In this document: in pieces, positions 27,171-44,740 of the stretch
Layout: each line of letters opens with the position of its first letter
Position numbering within the stretch: the first letter of the stretch is position 1
Assembly: GCA_964016885.1 (NCBI GenBank)
Contig: OZ024741.1
Location: forward strand, 135,346,001 to 135,410,000
From: Eledone cirrhosa
Taxonomy: Eukaryota
DNA length: 64,000 nt
Reading direction: 5' to 3'
Position numbers and translations under genes: made by a program
Notes under the pieces: generated by a model
Databases searched by the model: none
The model's input: the letters and a program-made list of their open reading frames with translations, nothing else
Told to the model about the DNA's origin: nothing

Positions 27171-27968
27171 ACATTTATATAATTATTTTGAAATCCTGTT
27201 GAGAGCAATGGCTATGGTTTGGGTGATTATTGAGTTTCCTTCACAATCATGCAGTACATGACCGATAACGGTACTTTGGTTTGCGACAGTATATTCTAAC
27301 ATAACGTGGGGATAACAAGAGCATTGAATATATATATATATATAAAGAATGAATAATAACAGATAGACATCATAAAAAGGTAGTTTATTCCGTGTGCTTA
27401 CAAGTGTTTCCACGGTGGTACTGCAGCCTAGTTCCGCTACGTGCAAATTCACAAGTATTTGCAGAACTCGAATATCCAATGCTGTGACCACTGTTTCCTC
27501 AGAGCAGAATGGTAAATATACAATGTAAAAACCCTTAAGTGGGGTTGTTGGGGAAGATAGAGTGGAACAGGAAGAGAGAAAAGTAGGGAAGAAGGAGAGA
27601 GAAGGAAAGATATCTTATGTAGATATCTTAATCAAAATGTTATGGTAGGGGTTTTATTAGTTACTTTTGGAGAGATGCGTAGATAGTTGAGGTCGGAATT
27701 ATTTATTGCCCCAGAGGTCAGGTTCATAGATGTTGAGAGGGAGGTAGGTCAAAGGTGAGAGAGAGTGTAATGGATGTAGAGAGAGATATATAGGTAGAGA
27801 GGGGACAGATAAAGTATATGTGGTGAGTGAACTTTTGGTTTTGTAGTAGTAATCTAGGAATTGTACTGAGTTACCATGTATAGTGATAAGCAGTGTATTG
27901 TCTTGTAGTGTGGGGGAGAAGAGAAGGTTGTTAGCTAGAAAGTGGTGTTGTAGTTACGGGTTCGAATG

Positions 27969-28400
27969 TTAAGTTATTTTATAGTGAGAGAATTTAGCTT
28001 TTAGTTTGTGGTTGCAGTATAATGATCGTTCAATTCTATCGTTAAGTAGTTTCTTTTTAGATTTTAGTATGTAAAATAGCTCAAGGTTACATAACCTGCA
28101 GTACTTCAAACCACTCCGATATGCATTTGCGCTGGAAAGTATATCCCATTTTAAGGTGAACTGTTGGTTGTGTTCACGGAGTTGCCAGGTCTTGTTGGCG
28201 AGCGTGGTCACAAAACGGTGATTCTGATGTTTGATTGAGAATCGATGACGGTACCAGCGAGATTTAAACGATGTGGTGGTAGATCCGATATAATACCATT
28301 TCTGGTCGTCCGATTCAACCGTGCATTGGTAAACAATGTTGGACTTTAGGCATTCATTCTGCAATGGACATCTTTCAGGTAGATGGCAGTTACATGCTTT
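27969..28400 (-). pseudogene. Inverted duplicate of the GIY-YIG domain
   Basis: Translation KACNCHLPERCPL...YKIT matches the C-terminus of the + ORF with one K/N difference. Confidence 0.93.
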
Positions 28401-30631
28401 GTCGGCGTGTACGATGGAAAGCTTTCCACTTCGATAAAGGACGCGCCAATCACTCGTCTGAATCATATGGTTTTAAATCATGTAAAAACCCACCTACAAA
28501 CCCTCACCTCGAAGCTTTCGAACAGGACTTATTGAAAACTACCATTAACATTAAGTTCAACAGACATAGAAATAATGAGCTGCAGAACAACATGAAAGCA
28601 CTACTCCGAAGATTGCAAAATACCAATGGAATTGTTGTGAAAGCTGACAAGACTTCTAACGTGTATACCATGGATATCGATACGTATAATAACTTCATAC
28701 GCAACGAACTACACAAAAAATATAGAAAAACAAATGAAACTACGCTAGCAAATATTAACAACGAGGCATACAAAGTGGTAAAGAATCTCAAGATAGACGA
28801 TAGAACCGAGCCGATTATACCCGCTACCCCCACCTTCAACCTGAAGGACCATAAGGTAAATTTTCACTCTAACCCTAAGATTAGACTTATATGCCCTTCT
28901 AAATCAGACATAGGGAAAATTAGTAAACATATACTTGACAGAGTAATAACTCAAGTGAAAAAGAAAATTGAAATTAAATTATGGGGCAACACTAGCGAAG
29001 CAATTCGCTGGTTTAATAATGTTAAGAATAAGAATAAATCTAAGTTTATACAATTTGACATAGACGAATACTACTCTTCCATCTCACCAAGCACTTTACG
29101 TAAGGCCCTATCGTTTGCTAAGGCCAATTCCGACCTAACGGAGGACGAAATTAATATTATTCTCGAGGCTAGAAAAACCATTATTAAGTTCGATAACTGC
29201 TACTGGGAACGTAAGGACAGACCCACAAGTTTCGATATTACCATGGGTTCCAACGACTCGGCGGAGGTCACGGATCTCGTGGGAATTTACATAGCCCACA
29301 TATTACATAGTAGATTTAGTAATCTACAGGGGGGGATATATAGAGATGACGGGCTCTTATTAGTTAATAGCTTGAATAACCAAAATCTTGAAAGGCTACG
29401 GAAAAATATTAGAAAATCTTTTAGTGAACTGGGCCTAAAAATAACATACGAATACAATCTTAAGGTAGTAAACTTTCTGGACGTAACTCTTAATTTAAAT
29501 ACCGGACAGATACGACCCTTCCACAAGGTAAATGAGAACCTTACGTATATTGACTTTAACTCTAACCACCCACTCTCCATGATCAAATCAGTTCCCCGGA
29601 GTATTTCTCTTAGAATCTCTCGCCTATCGTCTAACTCTGATATTTTTAGCGAACATGCTGAATACTACAATAATGCATTAAGGAATGCTGACCACCGGGA
29701 TACAATAGAATACATCGATAGTAATTTCCACAACACACATAGCTCTACACGTAATCAAGGTATACGTAACCGGGGGACTAAAACACAATCACACACACAC
29801 TATACTACCAGACATACTAATAATAGAAGATCACCACCAAATAAATCACGTTGTAGAAAGTATATCTGGTATAATCCTATTTTTAATGCCTCGATTAGTA
29901 CAAAACTATCTCTTTCATTCTTTAAATTAATCAATAAACACTTCCCTAGTTCCCATAAGTACAGCAAAATTCTGAACTCCAAAACTATTAGACTATCATA
30001 CTCCACGGCACCAAACCTTGAAGCATACATAAAAAAACTTAACTTAAGGCAATTAAACAACTCTACAAAACAAAACATTTTAGTAACAGATGGGCAGAAC
30101 GCAATATCTGCCTCCCAACCACTAAATGGGAGACGGGTATTGCACAACCCACCTGTACCGCTATCACAACCTATCCATGGTATACCCGCTACCCACAACA
30201 AAGCATGTAACTGCCATCTACCTGAAAGATGTCCATTGCAGAATGAATGCCTAAAGTCCAACATTGTTTACCAATGCACGGTTGAATCGGACGACCAGAA
30301 ATGGTATTATATCGGATCTACCACCACATCGTTTAAATCTCGCTGGTACCGTCATCGATTCTCAATCAAACATCAGAATCACCGTTTTGTGACCACGCTC
30401 GCCAACAAGACCTGGCAACTCCGTGAACACAACCAACAGTTCACCTTAAAATGGGATATACTTTCCAGCGCAAATGCATATCGGAGTGGTTTGAAGTACT
30501 GCAGGTTATGTAACCTTGAGCTATTTTACATACTAAAATCCAAAAACAAACTACTTAACGATAGAATTGAACGATCATTATACTGCAACCACAAACTAAA
30601 AGCTAAATTCTCTCACTATAAAATAACTTAA
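28400..30631 (+). CDS. PLE polyprotein: reverse transcriptase + GIY-YIG endonuclease, uninterrupted, lacking only the extreme N-terminus
   Basis: RRVRWKAFHF, VVKADK, FDIDEYYSSI, ITMGS, YRDDGL, NFLDVTL, CNC..CPL..C, NIVYQC..YYIGST, CRLC. The tracked ATG at 28364 lies in the inverted segment. Confidence 0.96.
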   Translation, partial: CRRVRWKAFHFDKGRANHSSESYGFKSCKNPPTNPHLEAFEQDLLKTTINIKFNRHRNNELQNNMKALLRRLQNTNGIVVKADKTSNVYTMDIDTYNNFIRNELHKKYRKTNETTLANINNEAYKVVKNLKIDDRTEPIIPATPTFNLKDHKVNFHSNPKIRLICPSKSDIGKISKHILDRVITQVKKKIEIKLWGNTSEAIRWFNNVKNKNKSKFIQFDIDEYYSSISPSTLRKALSFAKANSDLTEDEINIILEARKTIIKFDNCYWERKDRPTSFDITMGSNDSAEVTDLVGIYIAHILHSRFSNLQGGIYRDDGLLLVNSLNNQNLERLRKNIRKSFSELGLKITYEYNLKVVNFLDVTLNLNTGQIRPFHKVNENLTYIDFNSNHPLSMIKSVPRSISLRISRLSSNSDIFSEHAEYYNNALRNADHRDTIEYIDSNFHNTHSSTRNQGIRNRGTKTQSHTHYTTRHTNNRRSPPNKSRCRKYIWYNPIFNASISTKLSLSFFKLINKHFPSSHKYSKILNSKTIRLSYSTAPNLEAYIKKLNLRQLNNSTKQNILVTDGQNAISASQPLNGRRVLHNPPVPLSQPIHGIPATHNKACNCHLPERCPLQNECLKSNIVYQCTVESDDQKWYYIGSTTTSFKSRWYRHRFSIKHQNHRFVTTLANKTWQLREHNQQFTLKWDILSSANAYRSGLKYCRLCNLELFYILKSKNKLLNDRIERSLYCNHKLKAKFSHYKIT

Positions 30632-31122
30632 CATTCGAACCCGTAACTACAACACCACTTTCTAGCTAACAACCTTCTCTTCTCCCCCACACTACAAGAC
30701 AATACACTGCTTATCACTATACATGGTAACTCAGTACAATTCCTAGATTACTACTACAAAACCAAAAGTTCACTCACCACATATACTTTATCTGTCCCCT
30801 CTCTACCTATATATCTCTCTCTACATCCATTACACTATCTCTCTCTCACCTTTGACCTACCTCCCTCTCAACATCTATGAACCTGACCTCTGGGGCAATA
30901 AATAATTCCGACCTCAACTATCTACGCATCTCCAAAAGTAACTAATAAAACCCCTACCATAACATTTTGATTAAGATATCTACAAGCCACTCTCTCCTAC
31001 TTCTCCAACCCCTGCATATCTTTCCTTCTCTCTCCTTCTTCCCTACTTTTCTCTCTTCCTGTTCCACTCTATCTTCCCCAACAACCCCACTTAAGGGTTT
31101 TTACATTGTATATTTACCATTC

Positions 31123-31234
31123 TGCTCTGAGGAAACAGTGGTCACAGCATTGGATATTCGAGTTCTGCAAGTACTTGTGAATTTGCACGTAGCGGAACTA
31201 GGCTGCAGTACCACCGTGGAAACATTTGTAAGCA
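31123..31234 (+). ncRNA. Type I hammerhead ribozyme in the PLE pLTR (mirror copy 27395-27506 on - strand)
   Basis: Stem I TGCT/AGCA; CTGAGGA; branched domain II acagtggt...accaccgt; GAAA; CATTTG; GTA triplet. Confidence 0.75.
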
Positions 31235-31426
31235 CACGGAATAAACTACCTTTTTATGATGTCTACCTGTTATTATTCATTCTTTATATACACTCCGGAA
31301 TACTGAAGGATCAGGAACTAAGTTTCTTGAACAATTCTTCCATAACTTGTAGAGTAACCTCTTACCGTACGTCAACCATATCCAGTGTAGTAATTAACCA
31401 TTACTACATCTTGGATAATCCTATAC

Positions 31427-35405
<3,979 letters not shown>

Positions 35406-36820
35406 TAATCCAAATTAAGAGGGTGGATTGGCAAATTTGTTAGAAGGTTCTTATTATCTGCGCAGGTACAGGGTGCATCAGGAGATATACAACACATAGG
35501 GGAAAAGTCTTTATACAACCTTGTAATAGCTCTAGCTTTAAAACTGAAAGTTGAATTTGACCGCTGTTTTATAATTCAATTTTGAATTTGAACTTTAAAT
35601 TTGACTGTGGTCTTCCCTTTTTACACGCTCGGGATTTTATTAGTCCTAAAAGTAAAATTTATTAATCTGTCCGTGGGCCTTTAACTCCCGGCGAAGTCCT
35701 TGGGGCGTTGTTCGGTCATTTAAAACTTGGGGAGCCCATCTCTCTTTAAGTCTGAAAACTGCCCGATCTCTTCCAGAGAAAAGGAATGAACGAGCAAAGG
35801 TGAGAAAATAGAGTCGGTAGAGAGAGTACTTGTATTTTATCGATCTCGAGAGAATGAAAAAGAAAGTTGATCTCAACAGTATTAGAACTCCCAGCATAGA
35901 GAGCGGAAACATATACTCAAAACATTCAATCACGCGTCTTAACGACTCTAACAATCCGCCTTAAGCTTTCTGAATATTGAATTTAAAAGAAATTTCGTGA
36001 TGTGAGAAGCTCTTATAATTTATGTGTATACAACTAATTACATCCTCGCTAATTATTGATTAATATCCTTCAAATGATATTAAGGCACTTTCAAGGTTTT
36101 AATTTCCCGAGGAATAATATCGTTTAACGATTTATGCAAATAATGCAATTGATACAAATAATTAACAAAGATAATAATGTATGCAAATAGAAAATTTAGG
36201 TGGATTTCAGAAATGTTAATTATGTTTTCAGATTAAACTAATAAAAAAAAAAGGAGCGTATCGTCAGATTAGACCAAGGAAACTGTGTTTTTATTGATAT
36301 CTCTTTTGATCTTTCCATCTGTCGACCGCAGTTCCTGGTAGAAGTGTAACTGCTATTCTGGTGACAAGAGGTGAACTCAGAACACAGAAGACCGGAACAA
36401 ATACCGAAGCGTCTAATCCAACGTTCTAACCACTCTGTTAATGTGCCGTAATACTAAATAGTATATTTAACATTTTTTTATCGTTATGCAGGATTTGGCT
36501 GCTATTACTAGCAGCTTATGTGACTACATAGAGATTCCTTTGTGACCTTCTGTTTGCTCTTGTAAATAGGGATATTAGAGTCGAACCTGTCTTTGTTAAT
36601 GGACTAATTGTAAGCGTTTGCTAATGGACTAATTGTATGTTGAGAAAATATTTTAGAATCATAATAATTTGTATAACATTCAAGCTTGTTCCAAGAGTTC
36701 ATTAACTTAAAACCAGGCTGTAATTAAAATAATTAAATTGTCTTTTGTTATTCAACCCCTCTCCCTCTCCCATTTCTTATGTATTCTTTTAGAGCTCTAT
36801 AGTTATATTTCCAAAACCTC

Positions 36821-36853
<33 letters not shown>

Positions 36854-39800
36854 GTTCTTTGAGTCTCAGTCATTGATGTTATGTAACTGGAAAGTTTGTT
36901 GAAATGAATATCAAGCCACTACCTGCAGCCTCAGATATTCAGGACGTATCGGCGGGTTCTTGTTGTTCCCAGCAAGCATGCCTTTTGAAGTGTTCCAAAA
37001 AGCGGGGCGTGACCAATTTTCTTTAACCATCCTTGGAAACGCTTTGAGATAGTACCTAGTGCGCCTATGACAATCGGGACGACCATGACTTCATGGCAGT
37101 TCCAAATCCTTTTTACCTCCCACTTTAAGTCCTGGTATCGGTTAATTTTCTCCCCCTCCTTCTCTTACACTCTCGTGTCGAATGGGCAGGCTACATCCAC
37201 AATCAGGCACGATCTTTTTTCCTTCTCCAAAACCACCAGGTCAGGTCTATTGTGTTCCAGTTTCATGTCCGTCTGTATCCTAAAATCCCACAGCACCTTC
37301 ACCTGATCGTTTTCTATCACCGACTCTGGCTTATGCTCATACCACTTCTCAGAATGTGGTAAATTGTTTACTTTGCATAGGTACCAGTGGATCACCCTGC
37401 CCATCACATTATGTCTCCAGCCTTTATAGCGAGTCTGGGCTAGGTGTTTACACTCGGATACAATGTGAGCCACAGTCTCCTCTCTCTCTCTCCACAGATC
37501 CTACACGGTGGGCTAGCCTCCTCCTTGTAAATATGGTGTTTCACCCACTTCGTTTTGAGGGCCTGCTGTTGCGCAGCCATTAGCATTCCTCCTGTAGCCT
37601 TTTTAAGGTGTCCTCTTTTCAACCAGTTCCATGTCTGTGGATCTCTAAATTCAGTTTTCTCAAAGAAGGTACTATGAAAGGATTTTTCATGAAGGTTGCT
37701 CTTCTTCCTTGTTGTTATTTCCTCCTTGGACATCCCCTGGTCTAATGTCCTCTCCTTCAGTACAATTCTGAGCAGTCACGTATTTGAGTAGGTTGTTTTT
37801 CTCCATCTGAAAACATTCCTTTATGCTGATAAGACCTCTTCCACCTTCAGATCTATTTAAGTAGAGTCTATCGACATCACTCCTCTTGTGGAACATGTTG
37901 TAGATAGTCAGCAGCTTCATAGTCTTCCTATCAATTTCTTTTTGTTCAGCAACATTCCATCTCAGAATTCCCGCACTGTACCTAATAATAGACACAGCTC
38001 GGGAATTTACTGCACTTATGGCATTCCTACTGTTCAGATGTGATTTTAATACGCTCCTTACTCTCCGAATGTATTCAGATCTTATGAATTCCTTCATTTT
38101 TTTGTTCTTGATGTCATCTGCCTCCAGAACACCTAAATATTTGTATCCTTCTTCAGAGTCAATTTCCTTTATCATCTCACCTGTATTCCGTTGCTTCTGC
38201 TCAATATACCTCTCTTCATCACGAGGACTCCACACTTACTAATACCAAATTGCATACATATATCATTGCTGAAAATACGGATAGTGTCAACAAGCACATC
38301 CAACTCCTTCTCACTCTTCCCGAAGAGCTTAAGATCGTCCATGAAGAGGAGGTGATTGATGGTAGGCTCTCCCTTTCTCAACTTGTATCCTGCTCTCACT
38401 TTTCGCAGTATAATGGTCAGGGGGATGAGGGCGAGGACAAACAACAGAGGGGACAAACTATCTCCCTGAAAGATACCTCTCTTGATCTTCACGCCTCCAA
38501 AGGATTCTCCACCCGATGTTAACTCTGTTTTCCAGGATTTCATACTTTTGCTCAACAACTGTCTGATATTATCTGCCACCTTGAAGATCTCTAGGCTTTT
38601 GGTTATCCAGGAATGAGGTACCATGTCGAATGCCTTTTTGTAGTCTATCCATCCCATGGCAAGACCAGTGTGTCTCCTCTTGCAATTCCTCATTACCATC
38701 TTATCAATAAGTAACTGGTCCTTTGTACCACGGACATCTTTCGGCATCCTTTCTGTTCGTCCGGTAACAAGTTGTTTATGTGGAGATGATGGTAGATTTC
38801 CTCAGACACAATTGTTAACAGTTCCCACATTACGGACAGACATGTGATAGGTCTATAGTTGGTAACATCATTACCCTTGATTCGGTCTTTCATTACCAGA
38901 ACTGTGGTACTTTTTGTCAACCACTCTGGTACCTCACCTGACATCAAGCAGTCATTGAACATGGTTGTCAGTTTCGGGTGGAGGGATGTTATATTTTTAA
39001 TCCTATACCCCTACACACCATCTGGGCCTGGTGATTTCCAGTTGGTTAGTTTTTTGGCCTGCCCCTTAAGAGTTTCAACTGTGATACTCAAATCAGTTTG
39101 TTGGTGTGCCTGTTCACTAATCTCCTTTTATACTGTCTTAATCCACACTGCCTGATCATTATGTTCAACATCCTGCTCCCATATTCCTCTCCAGAATGTC
39201 TTAGTCTGTTCCGCCTCAGGGATCAAGTCGTTGCCTCTTTCTTGCCCTTCAAGCTGTCCAAACAACATCTTCTGGTTGTTGTCAAACATGCGGTTCTGTC
39301 TATACTGACTGACTCTGCTCTCGTATCGCCTAATCTTTGCACTCTTTGCTACAATGCGTTGTTTCAGTTCCTCTTTGATAATATTTAGCTTTTTCCATCT
39401 AGTTTTGTACTTTATTTCCAGTCTATTTTTAGTGTCTATGTTTTGTAGTGTCCCATTCAGTAGGGACTCAAGCTATCCAATGTCATTTCTCATTTCTCTG
39501 ATTTGACCATTCAGTCGTTTCTTCCACCAAAGTTCTGATCTTTCTTGTTTGTTGTTTCCCCTCGCTTTTATGCCAAGTAATTTCCTCACCGCATTTGCTG
39601 TTGCTTTGAGGATATTGTTGCACTGGTGAAGGTTCCTCGCCTCAAGGTATAGGATGACTTTGTTTACCTTAGCTTTTGTTTCTTTTAACTTTTTCCTGTC
39701 TACAAATCTTAGGTTCATAGGTTTCCCAATATCATTGTTCATTTCATCTACCACTAAGTTTAGGATATCAACCAAATCTTGTCCTAGCCCGTCAGCATTC

Positions 39801-40400
39801 ATTTCCTCAATGGCCGTATCTTTGTTCCAGACGGGGTCGATAAAATAAAGTACCAGTAATGTAATGGGTATTTGCTGTCCTTGTGCCTAAAGTAGAAACA
39901 ATTATTTATTTCAGCATTCAGATCATTGTCTGCTTCGGATGCTTCCTCCGTTCTCTCAACCTCTTCACCTTCATTTCTCACTGGCTCGTTTGCCTGGCAT
40001 ACTCCACTCTTCATTTCCAACCTAATCTCTCTGTTCAGTTCCTCCAGTTCCAGCTCGCTTATCCATCCATTAGTTCTTATTACCCGAGCCTGCCCGGCCA
40101 ATTTTTGTTCATCTAATTTAAATAGACCAATCTCGTTCCAGATGTTATGCATCCGTTTCCTATAGCCTTTTTCCTTGGGGTTACTCTTCGGGTAACATTA
40201 CGTAACAGTTCTATTCAATTCTTTCGTCCAGTTGGTTCTTGTCCCTTTCCTTCTTCTTCTTCCTCCAACACCAGTAGTATTTGGATGACAGCCAGGTCCT
40301 TGCTCCTGGGCCAGGGAGCACCCGCTGGGTGAGAGTCTGTCACATGACGTTCCAGTCTCCATTTCACCGTTATTCGAACTGTTTAGGTTCGACATTTAAA
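36854..40400 (-). mobile_element. Near full-length decayed Dong/R4-like non-LTR retrotransposon (RT + CCHC + RLE)
   Basis: Frameshifted fragments: [59 protein letters not shown]. (TAA)n tail. SINE fragment inserted at ~39830-39905. Confidence 0.92.
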
Positions 40401-40739
40401 CACTCATATCGAGGATTGGTGAATGTATGGTTACATAACCACCGGTGATTTCATCAACCCGGGTGATTTGATCATCCCCGGTGATTTTAGCATGGCGCTG
40501 TAGACGAACATAAATAAATAAACAAATAAATAGGTAAAAACTTAAAAAAATAAACATAAGTTTCATTGTAATGTTTGAATGTCTGATTTGTTTTGTTTGT
40601 TTGTTTGTTTGATTGTTATTTTTGCGTTTTTCGTTGCTGCTGTTCTGTTTTGATTTTAGCTTCATGGGAAGTAGGGCTGTTGCGTTCAAAACTTTTGAAA
40701 TTTGTTTCGACTTGTGGCTTATCATTATTATTATTATCA

Positions 40740-40995
40740 ACCGAGGTTAACTTTGCCCTCCATCCCTACGGGGTCGATAAAATAAAGTACCAGCAATGCA
40801 CTGGGTAATTGCTGGTCTTGTGCCCAAAGTAGCAACAATGCACTGGGTAATTGCTGGCCTTTTGCCAAAAGTAGCAACAATTATTATTATTATTATATTA
40901 CACGGGATCGATAAAACAAAGCACCAGCAATGCACTGGGCAATTGCCGGCCCTGCGCCAAAAAAAAAAAAAAATAGAAACAATTATTATTATTAG
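40740..40995 (+). mobile_element. Cluster of SINE 3' fragments in (TTA)n
   Basis: Repeated GTCGATAAAA..ACCAGCAATGCACTGGG..TTGCTGGCC..AGTAG(C/A)AACAATTATT. Confidence 0.8.
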
Positions 40996-41163
40996 ATTAT
41001 AGTTTAGATTTGACATCGTTTAAACTAAACACTTTGAGAGAATTTTAGAGGTACAGCAGCAACAATGTTTTTGGTGTTGTTGCTTCTGACCGGGTCACCA
41101 AATCAGTCTATTTATATCTTTTGATATTTGATTATTATTATTATTATTATTATTATTGTTATT

Positions 41164-41359
41164 GTTCTTTGAGTCTCAGTCATTGATGTTATTTAACTGG
41201 AAAGTTTGTTGAAATGAATATCAAGCGACTACCTGCAGCCTCAGATATTCAGAACGTATCGTAGGGTTCTTGCTGTTCCCAGCAAGAATGCCTTTTGAAG
41301 TGTTCCAAAAAGTGGGGCAGGACCAATTTTCTTTAACCATCCTTGGAAACTCTTTGAGA
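41164..41359 (-). mobile_element. Dong-like 3' stub between (TAA)n tracts
   Basis: Matches 36854-37050 and 63190-63382. Confidence 0.9.
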
Positions 41360-41385
41360 TTATTATTATTATTATTATTATTATT

Positions 41386-41483
41386 ACATCCTCTGTTTTT
41401 TGTTTTTTTATACGCAGAAATGCCCTTTTGTACCGTCCTTAATGTCTACTTTGTGTAAACCCTTGTGGTTAATAAAGAAAGCA
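41386..41483 (+). mobile_element. Tx1-like 3' stub between (TTA)n tracts
   Basis: Matches 54045-54158. Confidence 0.85.
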
Positions 41484-41548
41484 TTATTATTATTATTATT
41501 ATTATTAATATTATTATTATTAATATTATTATTATTATTATTATCATT

Positions 41549-42555
41549 AGGGTGGTAGAGTGGCAGTATCGGTAAAGCCTCGGAGAATATGTTTTACGGC
41601 ATAGAGTTACGGCCCTTTATGTTCTTGGTTCAAATCGCGCCGAGGTTAGCTTTGCCGCTCATCCATATGGAGTTGATAAAATAAAGCACCAGTAATGCAC
41701 TGGAGTCGATTTAATCGACTTTCCCCTCCTCCAAAATTGCTGACCTTGTGCCTATATAAAAACATATTATTATTTCGACTCCGTAAGGATGAAAGGCAAA
41801 GCGAACGTAGGCGGGATTTGAAGTTAATCCCACCGAGGTTAACTTTGCCTTTCATCCTTACGGGGTCGATAAAATAAAATACCAGTAATACACTGAAATA
41901 ATTGCTGGCCTTGTGCCAAAAGTAGAAACTATTATTATTATTGAGGTGGTGGATTGGCAGTATCGGTAGAGGGTCGGATGCCATACTTTGCAGCAAAGAG
42001 TTACGGCCCTTTATGGTCTGAGTTCAAATCCCGCCGAGGTTAACTTTGCCTTTGATCCTTACGGGGTCGATAAAATAAAGTACCAGTAATACACTTGATG
42101 TTGTGCCAAAAGTAGAAATAATTATTAGGGTGGTATATTGGCAGAATCTGTAGACGGTCGGTTTGTGGGATTAGTTACGTCACTTTACATTCTGAATTCA
42201 AATCCCGCCTACGTTTGCTCCACCTTTCATCCTTACGGACTCGATAACATAAAGCACCAGTTAAGTAATGGAGTTGATATATAATGGAATTCCCCTCCTC
42301 ACATATTATTAATCTTGAGCCTAAATTTAAAATTATTATTATTATTAGGACGGGGGATTGAAGAATCGTTAGAGCATCGGATAAAATGCTTTGCAGCATT
42401 TAGTTATGGCCCTTGGCGTTTAAAACCTGCCAATCTTGACATTCAACTTTCCGGGATCGATACAAAAGGAACCGGTCAAGTACTGGGGTCGATTTAATCG
42501 ACTTTTCCCTCCACTATAAAATGTTGGCCTTGTGCCAAACTTAGAAACCATTGTT
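41549..42555 (+). mobile_element. Tandem run of about 5 tRNA-derived SINE copies separated by (TTA)n, with short inverted pieces
   Basis: Heads at ~41549, 41944, 42128 and 42347; a 3' half at 41830-41930; an inverted core piece at 41773-41822. Confidence 0.85.
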
Positions 42556-44534
42556 TCGATAGGTATTTCACTAAGTGTATTGTAGTTATGTGTTTGTATG
42601 TTTATTGGTGCATTCTTTGACTGGTTTCAACCAGTAGATTGCGGCAATGCTGGAGCACCACCCAAAAGAGATGTAATCGACCACATCGACCTCAGTATTT
42701 TTTTCAAAGTCTGGTACTTTCTCTTACGAATTCTTTTTGTTTAATCGCTATGGTAGGCGACATAAAAAAATGACATGAGCACACACGCACACGCACACAC
42801 ACACACACACGCACACGCACACGCACACGCACACGCACACGCACACGCACACGCACACACACGCATACGTAAGCACGTACACACAGATGGCCATGCTGTC
42901 GTACTTGAGGCTCCTTCGTATCTCTTACGGCCACACATACGACATGAAACAGAATGACGATCAGTTCTCTACCGTTTCCTTACAACGCCTTACAATTGTT
43001 TCTACTTGTGTGTATGTGTCTGTATATTTAAGTAGAAGTACACATATATAAGTAAACAGCGCTCACATGTGTGCGTGGGAATATGCACATACACACAGGT
43101 GTATGTCTATAAGCCCACCCGGCTTGTTACTCATTGTTATTCCCTATGTTGGTCAGCTCATCGCACGCACACATTTCTACATCCCAACAGTAACGCCAAT
43201 TTTGTCACGGTCAGACGCACATCCCCTCACAGCTTTGCACAAACAAACACCTACATACCCACACCTATCCACACGCAAGTCCACTCACAATACACAAGGA
43301 TTATCACCCTTTCAAAACCCCTCGAACATCTAAGATACATTTTGGCCAGCACCTCCCCAAAATGGCTAACTGAATCCCGTGCCTTTTCGCGAAAAAAAAA
43401 ATGTTTTACTCGATCTTTCTATTTCTTCTTTTATTTTTCATTCTATTTTCCGAAGAAGGACTGACATCCGAAACGTTAAGATTCTATTCCTACTATATAA
43501 AGGCATTAAAGAAACATATATCTTCATTTTTTCTGTATCGGTTTCTTATGTTGTTTTCCATTTACTTTTCGCATATACATACACACATATATCCCGATCT
43601 GTAGTTTTGTCCATTCATTATCCATTGGTTAAACTGAGGTTATAGTAGAAGACACTTGTTGAAGGTGCTACGCTGTAGGTGTGAGGCCGAGACCATAGGT
43701 TTGCGAATCAAACTCCTTAACTCTACAACCATGCCCGTATCATACCTCAGTTTCTTCATCGGTTGGTCTAATCCTGCCTATGTTTACTTATCGCCTCAAC
43801 GTCGTTTTCATAACTTTACTATCACTCTCTTTTTCTTTGTCTCTCCCTCCTTCTCTCTAACTACCTCTCTATCATTCTCTCGCGCTCTCTATCTCTTTAT
43901 CTCTAGTAGCTCTCTTTCTTTCACTCGGCGCCTATCTCTGTTTCTATCTCTCTCATCCCTTGTTTCATTATCTGTGCTTCACTCTCTCTCACCATCCTCT
44001 CTTTGTCATCTTCTACCTACCCACTCTCTTCTTCTGTTGTATTAATTTGCATCAAATAAAGATACATTTTCTTTGTAATGGTCTTTTTATTGTCTATCTT
44101 TCTTTCTATTTGCTTTCCTTTTAGTTATTTATTTTCATTTTTACTATAACCACGTGAAAATTGCTCCAAGCACACATAATACATACATAGTCATATAGTC
44201 GTTACTATTTTACAGTTGTACATTTGTCATGATAAACATATATCGATGTGTTTCTTCTTCTTGTTATATATCGATGTGTTGTTGTTGTATATCGATTTGT
44301 TTGTTGTTATTGTTGTATATCGATTTGTTTGTTGTTAATACCATTATTTGTAAAGACATCCACATAGACAAAAACATGACAATACCGATTGTAATCTTTT
44401 AACCGGGAAAGACATTTCTTCCCGTTCTATCTTCCCTCTACACAGTTATATCTTCTAAAAGCAGTCGTCTCTCTACAGTTGACATAATTACATTATTTCA
44501 TATCTAGCCATTTTTGTTTGTTTTCAAAATAATG

Positions 44535-44740
44535 GTTTCTAATTTTGGCATAAGGCCAGCAATTTTTAGTGGAAGGGAATGTTGATTATATTAACTCCTA
44601 CTACTTGATTAGTATTACATTTTATCAACCTCAGAAGGATTAAAGGCAACGTTGACATCGGCGGGATTTGAGCTCAGAACATTAAGAGCCAGAATGAATA
44701 TTGTTAAGCATTTTCCCGATATTTTAATGATTCAGTCAAC
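44535..44740 (-). mobile_element. Degenerate SINE (same family as 25722)
   Basis: tttctaattttggcataaggccagcaattt...aaggattaaaggcaacgttgac..gggatttgagc. Confidence 0.7.

Larger units (their letters stand above)
27340..31430 (+). mobile_element. Neptune-like PLE with inverted 3' duplication at its 5' end (27340-28402 = reverse complement of ~30196-31290)
   Basis: Near-identical inverted copy of the GIY-YIG domain and pLTR directly upstream of the ORF; (TA)n at both ends. Confidence 0.93.

Noticed and set aside
28364-28399. ATG start of the 755-aa PLE ORF
   Set aside because: It lies within the inverted duplicate, so it is not the native N-terminus.
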